IMG/VR virus record: IMGVR_UViG_3300015214_000024
Span: 329,787 to 393,786 of that record
Source of the DNA: a virus
Taxonomy: Duplodnaviria; Heunggongvirae; Uroviricota; Caudoviricetes
Strand: one strand, 5' to 3'
DNA: 64,000 nucleotides
The notes beneath the pieces are model-generated. The model worked only from the letters and a program-made list of their open reading frames with translations, was not told the DNA's origin and did no database searches. The position numbers were made by a program, and so were the translations under genes. Below are positions 47,893-58,563 of the stretch, one piece after another (within the stretch, counting starts at the first letter, position 1; every line of letters starts with the position of its first letter).

Positions 47893-49973
47893 TAGCCTCC
47901 TCCCAAATACCAAGCAATAGCTTTCAGCACTGGTTTAATTGGTACGTCGCCACACCAGACACTATTAGTATATAGTACGTTATAACTATAAGTTCCTTCA
48001 GGTTGTTGGTAAATTATAGTAATATCAGATGGATAAGCACTAGCTGCATCTTCTGCCAATTCGATGGTCGGATATCCGCCCTGACGAACATAATTTGTTG
48101 AATCGTAAATTACATTATTTTCAAATATAGCATTCAAATTAATAGTTTTTAAACTATCAATTGCATATTCATATGAATACAAAATATTAACCATTTGTGG
48201 TGCTGAATAACTTTGCATTATAGGTTGCGAATCATAAGCGATATTATTAGCTAGACCATAGAAACCAAAAGCAGTATTGACTACAAGATAGTTGCTTTGG
48301 ATCCACGGGGCATATGAAGAAAATAATTCAAATTCGTGATTATGCACTAATACTTCATACATCCATTCAGAACCATATGAATGAAAGTTTTTATTTGTGA
48401 AATCAGCCCAATATGTATCATTGTATAGGTAACGATTATAATTATCCATTACCCAATTGGTCATTATTTCTCGGTTTTCCCAATTAATCCAATATTGAGG
48501 GATCAAGCTAATAAATTTATCAGCTTCAACTTGATTATTTTGGAAATAAACATCAATCAGACGAGTATCTTCATATTGTGAAATTGAATAATAGGTACTA
48601 ACTACACGCCAATTCAATGGCGTGGCAATTTTACCTTCAATAGCATCAATTGGTTGAGATTCCACATAATTGTAACCGTGCTTACCAACTAATGAATCAA
48701 ACACATATCCATAAATGTAAGCTTCTATCTTCTGTTGGGCTGAGTTAGCATTTACTAAGCTATTATGTATATTGTTAAAGAATAGCGCCTTCAAACTTTC
48801 CACAGTCTCATAATAAGTCAATTTACTAATAAACAACGAAGTAGGAGCAGTCCCATATTTGAGTTCATTAGTTTGGTCTTTAAATATGCCAATTGGTGCA
48901 AATGCATATTTAATTTGAGCTGTTTGATCTCGGAAATCACTATCAGGTGCTTTAGAATTTTTCAAACTGGAAGACTGATCCGCAAAATCACCATTCGGAG
49001 CATCAGAATTATATATAGTTTCATTTGTGAACAGTCCAACTGGACTACCAGTATTGCCTACTTTAGATTGATCAACAAATACTGATTCGATATCGTTATC
49101 GCCGTCAGCAACCGCCTTATATTCAATCCATTGCCCTTCTTGGGTATTTCTGTAAATATACTCATCATATTTGATTGCATCTGACGGTCCCACCAATTGC
49201 CAGGTGCCGACTTCAGTTTCGCCAGTAAAAGTTGAATCTGTATAAATTAAATATGTATCGGAAAAAATATTATCAAGATATTTCTTTAAATATACTTGAT
49301 CGTCGTTTTGAACATTGATCGTCGACGAGAATGAATTACCATCAGATGAGAATTGCAATCCATCATATGAGTATAATGTAATTATTGTACTTTCTGACAA
49401 ACCAGAGATAGTAACTGGATATGAATATAGGTCTTGATTAGGCACTCCGTCATATGCATCACCAAAATCTAAATAATCAGGCAAATCGTCAAGTAATTTG
49501 ACGTCAACTAACATCTCCATACCGAGCCAATTTAAACTGATTTTCGGATCAGACGGGACAAGGAATTCAAGCCCCATCCAGCTAAAATTGGATTGAACTG
49601 CTGGCGCGATCGACATCAATAATTCGGTACCCATCCAAGATACATTAGCTATTGGATCACCGGTTACTGCGACATCAATATTTTGATTTGTCACATAAGC
49701 AATTGGTGTTGGCGCTTTTAGTACGACTTCTGTATTAACATTTGAAATTCTGGACGTTGAAGTGGTTGGTGATATTATTACTTCAGCAATTTCACTATGA
49801 ACTCGTCGATCTGTTGGCGGATTAAGTTTCGTGATAACTTGAACCGCGGCGAAACCGACCGTCGTGCCAGGGACAGGCTTCAACAAAACTTCAGCACCAA
49901 CAAAGCCAACTTTTGGTCTTTGTGGTTCTGTTATTGCTACTTCAATTGACGTAAAGCCGACATTAGAGGTCAT
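47892..49973 (-). CDS. Repeat-rich virion scaffold/fibre protein
   Basis: 693 aa; nine N-terminal ~17-aa strand-like repeats; internal APxxxFxDQ repeats. Confidence 0.6.
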   Translation of the reverse strand: MTSNVGFTSIEVAITEPQRPKVGFVGAEVLLKPVPGTTVGFAAVQVITKLNPPTDRRVHSEIAEVIISPTTSTSRISNVNTEVVLKAPTPIAYVTNQNIDVAVTGDPIANVSWMGTELLMSIAPAVQSNFSWMGLEFLVPSDPKISLNWLGMEMLVDVKLLDDLPDYLDFGDAYDGVPNQDLYSYPVTISGLSESTIITLYSYDGLQFSSDGNSFSSTINVQNDDQVYLKKYLDNIFSDTYLIYTDSTFTGETEVGTWQLVGPSDAIKYDEYIYRNTQEGQWIEYKAVADGDNDIESVFVDQSKVGNTGSPVGLFTNETIYNSDAPNGDFADQSSSLKNSKAPDSDFRDQTAQIKYAFAPIGIFKDQTNELKYGTAPTSLFISKLTYYETVESLKALFFNNIHNSLVNANSAQQKIEAYIYGYVFDSLVGKHGYNYVESQPIDAIEGKIATPLNWRVVSTYYSISQYEDTRLIDVYFQNNQVEADKFISLIPQYWINWENREIMTNWVMDNYNRYLYNDTYWADFTNKNFHSYGSEWMYEVLVHNHEFELFSSYAPWIQSNYLVVNTAFGFYGLANNIAYDSQPIMQSYSAPQMVNILYSYEYAIDSLKTINLNAIFENNVIYDSTNYVRQGGYPTIELAEDAASAYPSDITIIYQQPEGTYSYNVLYTNSVWCGDVPIKPVLKAIAWYLGGG

Positions 49974-51061
49974 TAGCTACTCCTCTTAATGCCAAGTTGC
50001 ATATTTTGAACATCAGCTAAATTCCAAGCAGTGCTAGTTGATGGATTTGTTGTCATTATGGATGATGGTCTAGTTACTGATGATACTCTGCTGGCTGATA
50101 GAGAAGCTGTTGCCACCACTGTTTCAGTAGTATTGTTTTTCATTTTTAGTTCAACGCTGGTTGTTCCCAATGGAGATCCGGCGGCTTGCATATAAGGCAA
50201 AACCCCTAATACTTGAGTGTTGCCATCAATTCTATTAATTTGTGTTATATCGTAGTAATCAGCATCATTTACATTATTAGCCGTCACGTAAGTTTGACTA
50301 GTTCCAATAATTTGATCATTCACTACTGCAAAATTGTCAGCGCCATCAGACGGCAACCAATTCTTTTGAGCCGTATCAGACACGGGAACGACTGGCACCA
50401 TATAAGTTAAGCCCAAACGCTCGCCGGTGGTTACATAAAAATTGTCATAATTTTGAATCGCACCAGATCCAGAAACCCAGCTAGTGTTGCCGCGGCCAAT
50501 AGATAAGCTATCAATATTTTGGTATGAAACTGTTGAACTCAATGCCTGAACGTTTGATCTATTCAAAACTAATTGCCCATTTAAGTATAAATTAAATGTC
50601 ATCGTTTGTCCATTAGTAGTTACCTGAAATTCAATATAATTCCACGTACCCGTAGTCAAAGTAGCTGTTCCTGAATATGCTACTTGTCCTTTAACAAATA
50701 AAACGTTACTTGAAGTATATAGTTGTATCACATCATTACTGGCAGATGATGCAGACGAATTAAAAAATGTTATAAGATTTGCTGACCCAGCATTGGTCAT
50801 AACGTGGAAACCTGCACAAATACTTGTAGTAGGTGCAAAATTAATCATAAGACGATTATTCGAACTGGTACTATTAGAAAAACTTAAAAACTGGCCAGGA
50901 GGTGTGCCAGGCATCATTATACCTGGTGATCCTAAACTAAGAAAGCTAAAAGTCGATCCGCCGCCGCCAATATAACGGTCATCCAAGCACATAGATGTCT
51001 TTAGTGCATCAGAAGCTGAATCAGCGTATGCTTCAAATCCATCAGTAAAAATAATTGCCAT
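49973..51061 (-). CDS. Lectin-like (ConA/LamG-fold) virion protein, array member 6
   Basis: MAIIFTDGFE; WNYIE, YLNG, DNFYV...GERLG, PVSD..KNW, NP.T..AW. Confidence 0.7.
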   Translation of the reverse strand: MAIIFTDGFEAYADSASDALKTSMCLDDRYIGGGGSTFSFLSLGSPGIMMPGTPPGQFLSFSNSTSSNNRLMINFAPTTSICAGFHVMTNAGSANLITFFNSSASSASNDVIQLYTSSNVLFVKGQVAYSGTATLTTGTWNYIEFQVTTNGQTMTFNLYLNGQLVLNRSNVQALSSTVSYQNIDSLSIGRGNTSWVSGSGAIQNYDNFYVTTGERLGLTYMVPVVPVSDTAQKNWLPSDGADNFAVVNDQIIGTSQTYVTANNVNDADYYDITQINRIDGNTQVLGVLPYMQAAGSPLGTTSVELKMKNNTTETVVATASLSASRVSSVTRPSSIMTTNPSTSTAWNLADVQNMQLGIKRSS

Positions 51062-51179
51062 TAGTTTTTCCTTAACGTTCTGAATATTTATTTTAATTGC
51101 AAGGACAAAGAAAATAGCAATTTTCCTAAGCTATCAAATATATACCCACATTAATTGAATTTATCACTTTAAACTATGA

Positions 51180-52958
51180 TTAGGAATATGGCGCGGAAGG
51201 TACTGTGAAACTTGAACCAGTGTATCGAGCAACACTCTTAGTAACTCGAATTTCATCTATAGCGCCATACCAGCCAGTTGTACCTCTACCTGATGCATAA
51301 ATCCACATTGGCTGGGTTGTTTGGTAGAGGGCGCCTGGTAATGTAGCACTATTAACTAATGATCCATTCAGATAAGATCGAACCACATTACTATCGTCTC
51401 TCGTAAGTGCGACGTGTGCCCAAGTACCAGTTAAGCTTGATTTATCAATACCGGTATAAAGTGAACTGAGGCTTGATCCGAATCCCAAATTAAAAATAAG
51501 TACGCCTACTGAATTAACTTGGATTTCGTAACCAAAATTAGAAGTATTGTCAGATCTATTACTGATAATATATCCGTTATTACTTATAGACACTGCATTA
51601 ATCCAAAATTCAAACGTAAACGCACCAGGAAAAGCCCATACTGATTGATTTAGCGGTGTTATCGTATAATAATAAATTCCTGACGTTTTATTTAGATAAT
51701 ACGAATATGATGAATTAACGGGTGACGAATTTTGAACCGTAATGGCGGCGTTAGAACGCGCGACAGAGCCAGTATTGCCACTAATGTCAATATTGGTTGA
51801 TAACACATTATTATTATCCCAATTTGCCATCAAAATAACATTTGACCAGTTAGGGTCATCAGTTCTAGCCAGCCCTAATTGGGTCGATGCTATGTCTGAA
51901 TACGTCCAAGGTGATAAGGTATTGGGATTTGAAGTGATTACTGATCGTCGATAAAGAACAGTATTTGATCCAAAAGGTGCCATTGATAGTGTTGACCCAG
52001 ATTCTGTCGAGCCAACTTTAATATTAGACTGTATTTTTTCAGTATTACCAGCCGTAGATCTTGCAAACATATATGGCTGGATTCCTGAGATCGTACATCC
52101 TTGATCTTTTAAACTTAAACCAGCAACATTATAATAATCCTTAACTCCAGCGTTCGGGGCAGAAACTAAAGTTGTCATACCAGGATTAGTTGTTTCATTG
52201 ACCATTGCATAATTATCAGCGCCTGCAGAAGGTGTCCATTCTTTCTGCACATCCGACGATGGCAATAAAGGACGAATTTCTGTAGGACCAAGGCGCTCGC
52301 CAGTTGTCATATAAATGTGGTCAAACTGTTGCTGTCGATTGTTATATCGAGCATACGTTGATTTGCCATAGAATATCTGTTCAATACCAAAAACACCATT
52401 TCCACTACCATACCAGCTTAGAGTTGGCAAGTCGATAACTAATACATTATCCTGATAAACTTGAACAGCAGCAGATGAACCACTTATATTGATCATAACT
52501 TCAACGTGGATCCAAGTATTAATTGGAAATGTAACTGCGGAAGGGTTGCCAACCATTGATGCGCTAAGTGTATCAGACGTTGATATGATTGATAAATTGG
52601 AAGATCCATTAACAATTAATTCAATGTATGATTGAGTTGATCCAGTATTTTGAAATCTTATCACACTAGCAGTAGTATTACTGCATTGATAATACATACC
52701 AAAACAAAGTTGAGTCATAGGTGATGTATGGTATGTTGCTATATCATATGTCATAGCATTAAGTGAGGTATTAGTCGTTGACGAGCGCAAGCATCCGCCA
52801 CGATTCTCAAAGCCTGGTTGAATTGTCAAATAACTCGATGTTACTTGGGACGCTGTAGAAAACAGACTGTATCTTTTACCTAAGTGTAGACCAGTAGCAT
52901 TGTCAGTAGGTGCAGTGCCATAATAATAATCAAAACCTTCTGTATAAATTAATGCCAT
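51180..52958 (-). CDS. Lectin-like virion protein, array member 5, extra C-terminal LamG domain
   Basis: MALIYTEGFD; C-terminal DPNWSNV...FTFEFW...WAHVA...IDEIRVTKSVARY. Confidence 0.72.
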   Translation of the reverse strand: MALIYTEGFDYYYGTAPTDNATGLHLGKRYSLFSTASQVTSSYLTIQPGFENRGGCLRSSTTNTSLNAMTYDIATYHTSPMTQLCFGMYYQCSNTTASVIRFQNTGSTQSYIELIVNGSSNLSIISTSDTLSASMVGNPSAVTFPINTWIHVEVMINISGSSAAVQVYQDNVLVIDLPTLSWYGSGNGVFGIEQIFYGKSTYARYNNRQQQFDHIYMTTGERLGPTEIRPLLPSSDVQKEWTPSAGADNYAMVNETTNPGMTTLVSAPNAGVKDYYNVAGLSLKDQGCTISGIQPYMFARSTAGNTEKIQSNIKVGSTESGSTLSMAPFGSNTVLYRRSVITSNPNTLSPWTYSDIASTQLGLARTDDPNWSNVILMANWDNNNVLSTNIDISGNTGSVARSNAAITVQNSSPVNSSYSYYLNKTSGIYYYTITPLNQSVWAFPGAFTFEFWINAVSISNNGYIISNRSDNTSNFGYEIQVNSVGVLIFNLGFGSSLSSLYTGIDKSSLTGTWAHVALTRDDSNVVRSYLNGSLVNSATLPGALYQTTQPMWIYASGRGTTGWYGAIDEIRVTKSVARYTGSSFTVPSAPYS

Positions 52959-52970
52959 ATCTACAGCCCT

Positions 52971-54653
52971 TTAAATTGCCCAAAACAATTGGTTTGCCAT
53001 TGTAAATTTTCTAATGCCACCATAAAATTGCCTGGCTGGGTCTTTAGAATTATCACCCCCGATGGCGAAGCCGTTGGTGGAATCACGAATTTGTCCACCG
53101 TTTAATGCAATATCCAAAACTTGACTATCGTTTAAATATCCACGCAATCGACCAGAATAGAACATAAAACCAACCCGGTACCAAGTATTTGTTTGGATGT
53201 TCGCAATAGCTAACAAAGTGCCGCCGACTTGATTTCCTCCAAGGTTATCAGAGGCTGAATAAACTCCCAAACCAGCAAAAGATCCTTGACTACTATTTCC
53301 TAAGAATATTGACCATTCAGGCCACTGCGGCGCACCAGAATTTCCGCCAACTGTCGCAATTAGCTGATTATTGGCTACAGTAGTGGTATAAAATTCAAAT
53401 TGAACTGAATATGGCATCGTTACGTGCCAAAACGGAACATCAGTATATCTGATGTTTTGTGATCCATTAAATATTAATGCATTACCAGATACTGTCGGGG
53501 CCGTATCGCCCGCGATAATCGTTGATCCACTCACAATGGATGGATAGTTTCCATTATCATCAATATAAAAACCGCTATTAGTCAATAGGAAATTTTCGTG
53601 TCTCCTAATACCAAGCTCACTTGAATTAAAACCACTAGCAGTCCACGGTGAAGATGTGGCTGGATCATTTCTAAGGTGTTCAGTAGTCGCTATTAGGGGG
53701 ATACTCACTCCAGGCAGCATTGGTATTGATGAAGTCGTTTCTGTTGAGGATGATTTCAACTGAATTGAAGTTCTAGCAGTTGAACTAGCATCACTAGATG
53801 TTGAATAGGACAATCCTTGAACTGAAATTATACTGTCATTAGCATTCACTAATGATAAATCACTGATGGTATAATAATCAGTATCTAAGTCATTTTTTAA
53901 TAAAACATTTGTATCCATTGATGGTGCGGAAATATCATTTACCATATTATAATTGGTTGTTCCGTTGAGAGGCACACCATCTTTTTGTGAGGTATCACTA
54001 TCAGGGACCAATGTACTAATATTAATTGGTCCCAAAACTTCACCATCACTTAAATAAAAATTATCCATACGATAGCTACCACTATAGCCCAATTGGTATT
54101 TGCCAATAATGAAAGAAGACCAATAGTATGGAGTAGCTGTAAAACCAGTTCCTGAAAAGGTATATGCTAGTGTACCATTCAAATATACACTGACTAGAAT
54201 TTGAGATCCACTGGTTATTTCAGCGTGTAGTTCAAGATACCACCAATTTCCAGTAGTAATTGAAAATGAGCTTTGCTGGGCAGCACTACCGTAAGTTGCC
54301 GAAATCCTCGTATTCAGCCTTCCTGACGAATTGACCGACAATAATATATATGCGCCATTTGGTGCTCGAATATTAAAGACATCTATGTCAGTACCAAATG
54401 ATGGAAAATAGACGTGAGCGCCCATTGTCACTGATGTTAAAGTATTACCAATAGGTACTGGAATACTATTAACAGATGATGACGATACGGAATATACTAG
54501 TGATTTACCACCAGCATATCCAGTTGTATAACTAAAGTAGTTCGCCCAATTTACTGTAACCCCAGGATAGCGAGTTGAAATGTTAATTAACTCATTATTA
54601 TTGCCTGAAGTTTCATTATAGTAATCAAACCCATCTGAAAAAAGTATAGTCAT
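52971..54653 (-). CDS. Lectin-like virion protein, array member 4, extra C-terminal domain
   Basis: MTILFSDGFD; C-domain closely resembles member 3 (NTWYRxGFM, xLFWxI). Confidence 0.72.
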   Translation of the reverse strand: MTILFSDGFDYYNETSGNNNELINISTRYPGVTVNWANYFSYTTGYAGGKSLVYSVSSSSVNSIPVPIGNTLTSVTMGAHVYFPSFGTDIDVFNIRAPNGAYILLSVNSSGRLNTRISATYGSAAQQSSFSITTGNWWYLELHAEITSGSQILVSVYLNGTLAYTFSGTGFTATPYYWSSFIIGKYQLGYSGSYRMDNFYLSDGEVLGPINISTLVPDSDTSQKDGVPLNGTTNYNMVNDISAPSMDTNVLLKNDLDTDYYTISDLSLVNANDSIISVQGLSYSTSSDASSTARTSIQLKSSSTETTSSIPMLPGVSIPLIATTEHLRNDPATSSPWTASGFNSSELGIRRHENFLLTNSGFYIDDNGNYPSIVSGSTIIAGDTAPTVSGNALIFNGSQNIRYTDVPFWHVTMPYSVQFEFYTTTVANNQLIATVGGNSGAPQWPEWSIFLGNSSQGSFAGLGVYSASDNLGGNQVGGTLLAIANIQTNTWYRVGFMFYSGRLRGYLNDSQVLDIALNGGQIRDSTNGFAIGGDNSKDPARQFYGGIRKFTMANQLFWAI

Positions 54654-54690
54654 ATTAGATCCGTTTTTATTTTATTTAATGCCAAAATTA

Positions 54691-56376
54691 TCAAATTGGC
54701 CAAAAAAGTGATTTTGCAACACTTAAATTTCTTATACCGCCTTGAAGGAATACTGTTGGATAGCCAGCATTATCTCCGACTATTGCTAACCCATTTGGTG
54801 AATTCCAAGGTTGGACCAAGCTATCATCAAATCGTTGTGCCCCATTGAAATAACCACGCACCCTAAGTGATCCGTTGTTATATACCATAAAGCCAATCCT
54901 ATACCAAGTATTCAACTGAACTGTACCGGCTGGCACTAATGTTCGAGTTACTTGGGCGGCGGCGCTGTTAGCTGATGCCGTAGCAAGTATGATCTGTCCG
55001 TTATTATACACTTGAACTACAAATTCAGGAAAACCGATACTAAATCCTTGACCGATATTAAACAACATTGGACTATTAGCTAATGAAGAGACGTAAAATT
55101 CCATCTCCATAGAATAAGGAGCAGTGACGTGAAAATCGCTCGAATCTGTATATCGTATCTGCTCAGTACCAGTAAAAATTAAAGTATCGCCCGATACTGC
55201 CGGTGCAGCTATGCCGCTTGTAATCCGAGTAGAAGTTGAGCTATTTGTAATTGATCCATTTGTGATTGAAAATTTTACATTTTCAAGCAAATTCATAACT
55301 ACGCCGGACTGAATTCCATTAATATCTGAAGATGACCACGCACTGCTCGTAAAAGGATTGGCTTCGTAAATATTGCTTGGAAAGAATGATGAATTTGCCT
55401 GGCCTTCGTATGGTGTGAAAGATGGTTGATTTACTGTATTGGCGCCAACTTTTAATGTTTGGAATATGTTTGTTTGCCCGAAAGAGCTTTTATATCCAAC
55501 TGTATTTGACTTAACTGCCTTAATTGGCCCAAGCACAGACGTGCCGCTTGACGGCAAGTCAGAAACATTAAACATATCAGTATTATTTGATGATGTGCCA
55601 ATATTCGCCGTCTGAGTGGTTGAATATGCATTGCTATTAATTTGTGTATAATGAGCTGTTCCACTTGATGGAGTCCAGCCTAACGGTGTAGCATCAGAAG
55701 TTGGTCTAAGGGTTACGATATTCATTTCGTCACTTCGGGTTAAAGTGTTGTTTACGTAAAAATCATCAATCAAAACAGTGCGCAATGTGGTATCCCAGGA
55801 ACCGTTTGTTATTATCGCTGAATTATAAAATGTATTTGAAGAATATGTAGTATCAGCATTAGATACTGATGCAACCATTACACCATCAATATAAAATCTC
55901 GCGATGCCGTTCGTTGTTCCTGCCCTTGCCTCAAGCTCATAATAATGCCAAGCTGTTGGGTCATAATTTGCTATCGGCTTACCAGTAAAAAGCGTAGTAC
56001 CACTTCCATTTTTAACTACTGGATAGTAAAATAATCCATATGAATTATAATAAACATAAACCGACAAGGCTACATTTGAGTTAAAGGCTAAACTAATTAA
56101 TGAATTAACATTTGACGTGGTTAATGACGGATTCGTATGTCTAATGGCTACCCCAACGGAAGTGGTAGCTATATTATTTGGGTAGGTATATTTAAAAGTA
56201 GTATTTTGAATAACAGATGATGATGTTATATACCCAGAAGAAGTTATGCATTGGCCACCATATCGGCCAGTTGTAAATCCATAAGAATTAGTACCATTAC
56301 CACCCAATGTCCAATTTTGCGTGAACAGCGAGTTGGTAGCATAAGAGTTGAATCCATCAAAATAAATTAAAGCCAT
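54691..56376 (-). CDS. Lectin-like virion protein, array member 3, extra C-terminal domain
   Basis: MALIYFDGFN; start placed after GAGG RBS. Confidence 0.72.
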   Translation of the reverse strand: MALIYFDGFNSYATNSLFTQNWTLGGNGTNSYGFTTGRYGGQCITSSGYITSSSVIQNTTFKYTYPNNIATTSVGVAIRHTNPSLTTSNVNSLISLAFNSNVALSVYVYYNSYGLFYYPVVKNGSGTTLFTGKPIANYDPTAWHYYELEARAGTTNGIARFYIDGVMVASVSNADTTYSSNTFYNSAIITNGSWDTTLRTVLIDDFYVNNTLTRSDEMNIVTLRPTSDATPLGWTPSSGTAHYTQINSNAYSTTQTANIGTSSNNTDMFNVSDLPSSGTSVLGPIKAVKSNTVGYKSSFGQTNIFQTLKVGANTVNQPSFTPYEGQANSSFFPSNIYEANPFTSSAWSSSDINGIQSGVVMNLLENVKFSITNGSITNSSTSTRITSGIAAPAVSGDTLIFTGTEQIRYTDSSDFHVTAPYSMEMEFYVSSLANSPMLFNIGQGFSIGFPEFVVQVYNNGQIILATASANSAAAQVTRTLVPAGTVQLNTWYRIGFMVYNNGSLRVRGYFNGAQRFDDSLVQPWNSPNGLAIVGDNAGYPTVFLQGGIRNLSVAKSLFWPI

Positions 56377-56386
56377 ATCATCCTCA

Positions 56387-57436
56387 TCAGCTTGACCTAA
56401 TACCAATTTGCATATTATTCACACCACTTGTAGTCCAAGCTGTCGAAGTTGCCGGGTCTGTTTCTGATATAATGCTTGGTAGCACTATTAATGTATTTTC
56501 ATACAATGACTGACTTGTTCCGTTCACTTCAGTGGTATTCGATTTTAAAGTCAAATTCGCCCCAGCTGGACCAAAAGTTGACTTGCTTCCTGCGCCATAA
56601 ATCCCAACAGCTAAAATATTGCCAGTGATAGCAGTCACTGAAGAAATATCTTGAATATCATAATAATCTTTATCACCAGTATTAGCTGTTTGAACATACG
56701 TATTGTCTGCCGAGCTCATCAAGTCATTAACAACCGCATAATTGTCTGATCCGGATGATGCCGTCCACTGTTTTTGAGCGGTATCAGCATTTGGTTTTAA
56801 TCCGGCAATGTGTAATTCCCCCAACCTAGCTGCCGTGTTGGTAATATAAAAATCATCATAATATAAATCGGGATTAAAACCAGATCCAAATGGGGGACTT
56901 AGACGAACAGAATCAATAGCAATAATGTTAGTGGTCGATTTCACTGGAACACTGCTTGTAGAATACAAAACCTGACCATTAAAATAAAAATTAATACTAC
57001 CAGAAGTTAAGCTTGTTACGACTTCCAATTCAAAATAATTCCAAGCAGTTAAATCAAAGATTTTAGGCATTGTAACTGTAGCTACTGCACCATTGTTACT
57101 GACAACTATTTGACTTTCACTCATACCAACATAAGCAATAACTGTTGAGCCATTCATTAAGGTTATGACTGGATTCACTGTTCCAGATGTTGAGTTAGTT
57201 AGTCTTATAGCTGCACCAACAGAAATGTTATTCAATGTTGATGTTAGTGTTCTAATTAATCCAGTTGACCCTGGTTGAGTGATATAGCCACTACCAAGTG
57301 ACAAACAGCGGCCGTCATAGCGACCAGATGCTAAAACTGAAACTCCTCCAGTAGCAGTAGCCTGTGAGTAATATTGTGGCAATATAGTATTGTCAAAATA
57401 TCTTTCAAAACCGTCAAACCAAACAATCGCCATCAT
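56387..57436 (-). CDS. Lectin-like virion protein, array member 2
   Basis: MAIVWFDGFE; shared array motifs. Confidence 0.7.
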   Translation of the reverse strand: MMAIVWFDGFERYFDNTILPQYYSQATATGGVSVLASGRYDGRCLSLGSGYITQPGSTGLIRTLTSTLNNISVGAAIRLTNSTSGTVNPVITLMNGSTVIAYVGMSESQIVVSNNGAVATVTMPKIFDLTAWNYFELEVVTSLTSGSINFYFNGQVLYSTSSVPVKSTTNIIAIDSVRLSPPFGSGFNPDLYYDDFYITNTAARLGELHIAGLKPNADTAQKQWTASSGSDNYAVVNDLMSSADNTYVQTANTGDKDYYDIQDISSVTAITGNILAVGIYGAGSKSTFGPAGANLTLKSNTTEVNGTSQSLYENTLIVLPSIISETDPATSTAWTTSGVNNMQIGIRSS

Positions 57437-57445
57437 TTTTCTCCC

Positions 57446-58486
57446 TTAGAGTATTTCTGGGCCCATTTTTAAATTATTAATGTCTGTTGATTTCCAAGCC
57501 AGGCCAGTATCTGGATTTACCGTTAAGATAGGATCAGAATAACGATAAAAATCTGTCTGTGACATTAATAAGTTGTTAGTAGTTCCATTAACTGTCGTGC
57601 TACCGACAGTTAAATTTACTCTAACATCAATTGTGGCAGCGTCGTCCTTTCTGGCAGTATATACTGGTTGAATACCGTGTATTTTCAGAGGATTAAACGA
57701 CATATCATCAATATCATATATATCCTTCCATCCCTGCGTACCGCCATAAATGAAGGACGAATTGTCCACAGTCAGACCATTTACCGCATCATAATTGCCA
57801 GCCAACCCAGTCGGATTGGTTTGGAAATTCTTCTGAGCAGTATCTGCATTTGGAGACAATACTATTACTCTACTTTCACCCAACTTGGTTGCCGTATTAT
57901 TAATATATACATCATCAATATACCAAGTAGCTAATGAATTGGTATAGAACTTAATAAAATCACCACCTGTCAACGTGGTAGTATCTAGTGAATTAGAAAC
58001 CGCTTGCGTGTCATTCACATATACAGATAATCTACCACTTGCAGAATTTAGCACGGCCTCGAATTCAATATAAACCCAGGTATTGAGCGGTATGACACCA
58101 TTTGATGATGTTGCGACAACTGTTGACGGTCCTGATTTGATCTGCAATGCTCCATCAGTAGTTACATCTAACCTAAATTGAACCAAGCCGCCCGTTGAGT
58201 TAAAAATTTCAAGAATTGTATTTTGTTGTGTATAAGCTACTATTTTAGCAGCAAATCCGACACTCAAAGAAGTGAGTGTCGAGCCAATCTGTGTTTGTGC
58301 AAATGAACTGGACGCTGAAATATTGCTATTCATATACATTGCTTGGCTATTTGGATACCGGCCAACACCGGTTGTTATCAAGGTAGATCCGGCATTAGAT
58401 ATCGTCCATCGACTTGTTAATGGAAGTGCTGATCCAGAGCCAGAGGCTGTATAATAATCAAACCCCTCAATAAAAACAGCAGTCAT
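57446..58486 (-). CDS. Lectin-like virion protein, array member 1
   Basis: MTAVFIEGFD; shared array motifs. Confidence 0.7.
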   Translation of the reverse strand: MTAVFIEGFDYYTASGSGSALPLTSRWTISNAGSTLITTGVGRYPNSQAMYMNSNISASSSFAQTQIGSTLTSLSVGFAAKIVAYTQQNTILEIFNSTGGLVQFRLDVTTDGALQIKSGPSTVVATSSNGVIPLNTWVYIEFEAVLNSASGRLSVYVNDTQAVSNSLDTTTLTGGDFIKFYTNSLATWYIDDVYINNTATKLGESRVIVLSPNADTAQKNFQTNPTGLAGNYDAVNGLTVDNSSFIYGGTQGWKDIYDIDDMSFNPLKIHGIQPVYTARKDDAATIDVRVNLTVGSTTVNGTTNNLLMSQTDFYRYSDPILTVNPDTGLAWKSTDINNLKMGPEIL

Positions 58487-58490
58487 AGAA

Positions 58491-58549
58491 TTGCCCTCTT
58501 AATTAATCTACCAGTGTCTTCTACTGATATTTATTAATTAAGAGGGCAA
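58491..58549 (-). promoter_or_regulatory. 17-bp perfect inverted repeat covering the RBS, with an embedded late promoter
   Basis: ttgccctcttaattaat / attaattaagagggcaa; tatttat at 58528-58534. Confidence 0.7.
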
Positions 58550-58563
58550 CAAAAAATTAATTA

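Noticed and set aside
49973-58486. Diversity-generating retroelement or invertible shufflon acting on the paralogue array
   Set aside because: No reverse transcriptase, recombinase, near-identical template/variable repeats or inverted crossover sites seen; paralogues are all co-oriented and anciently diverged
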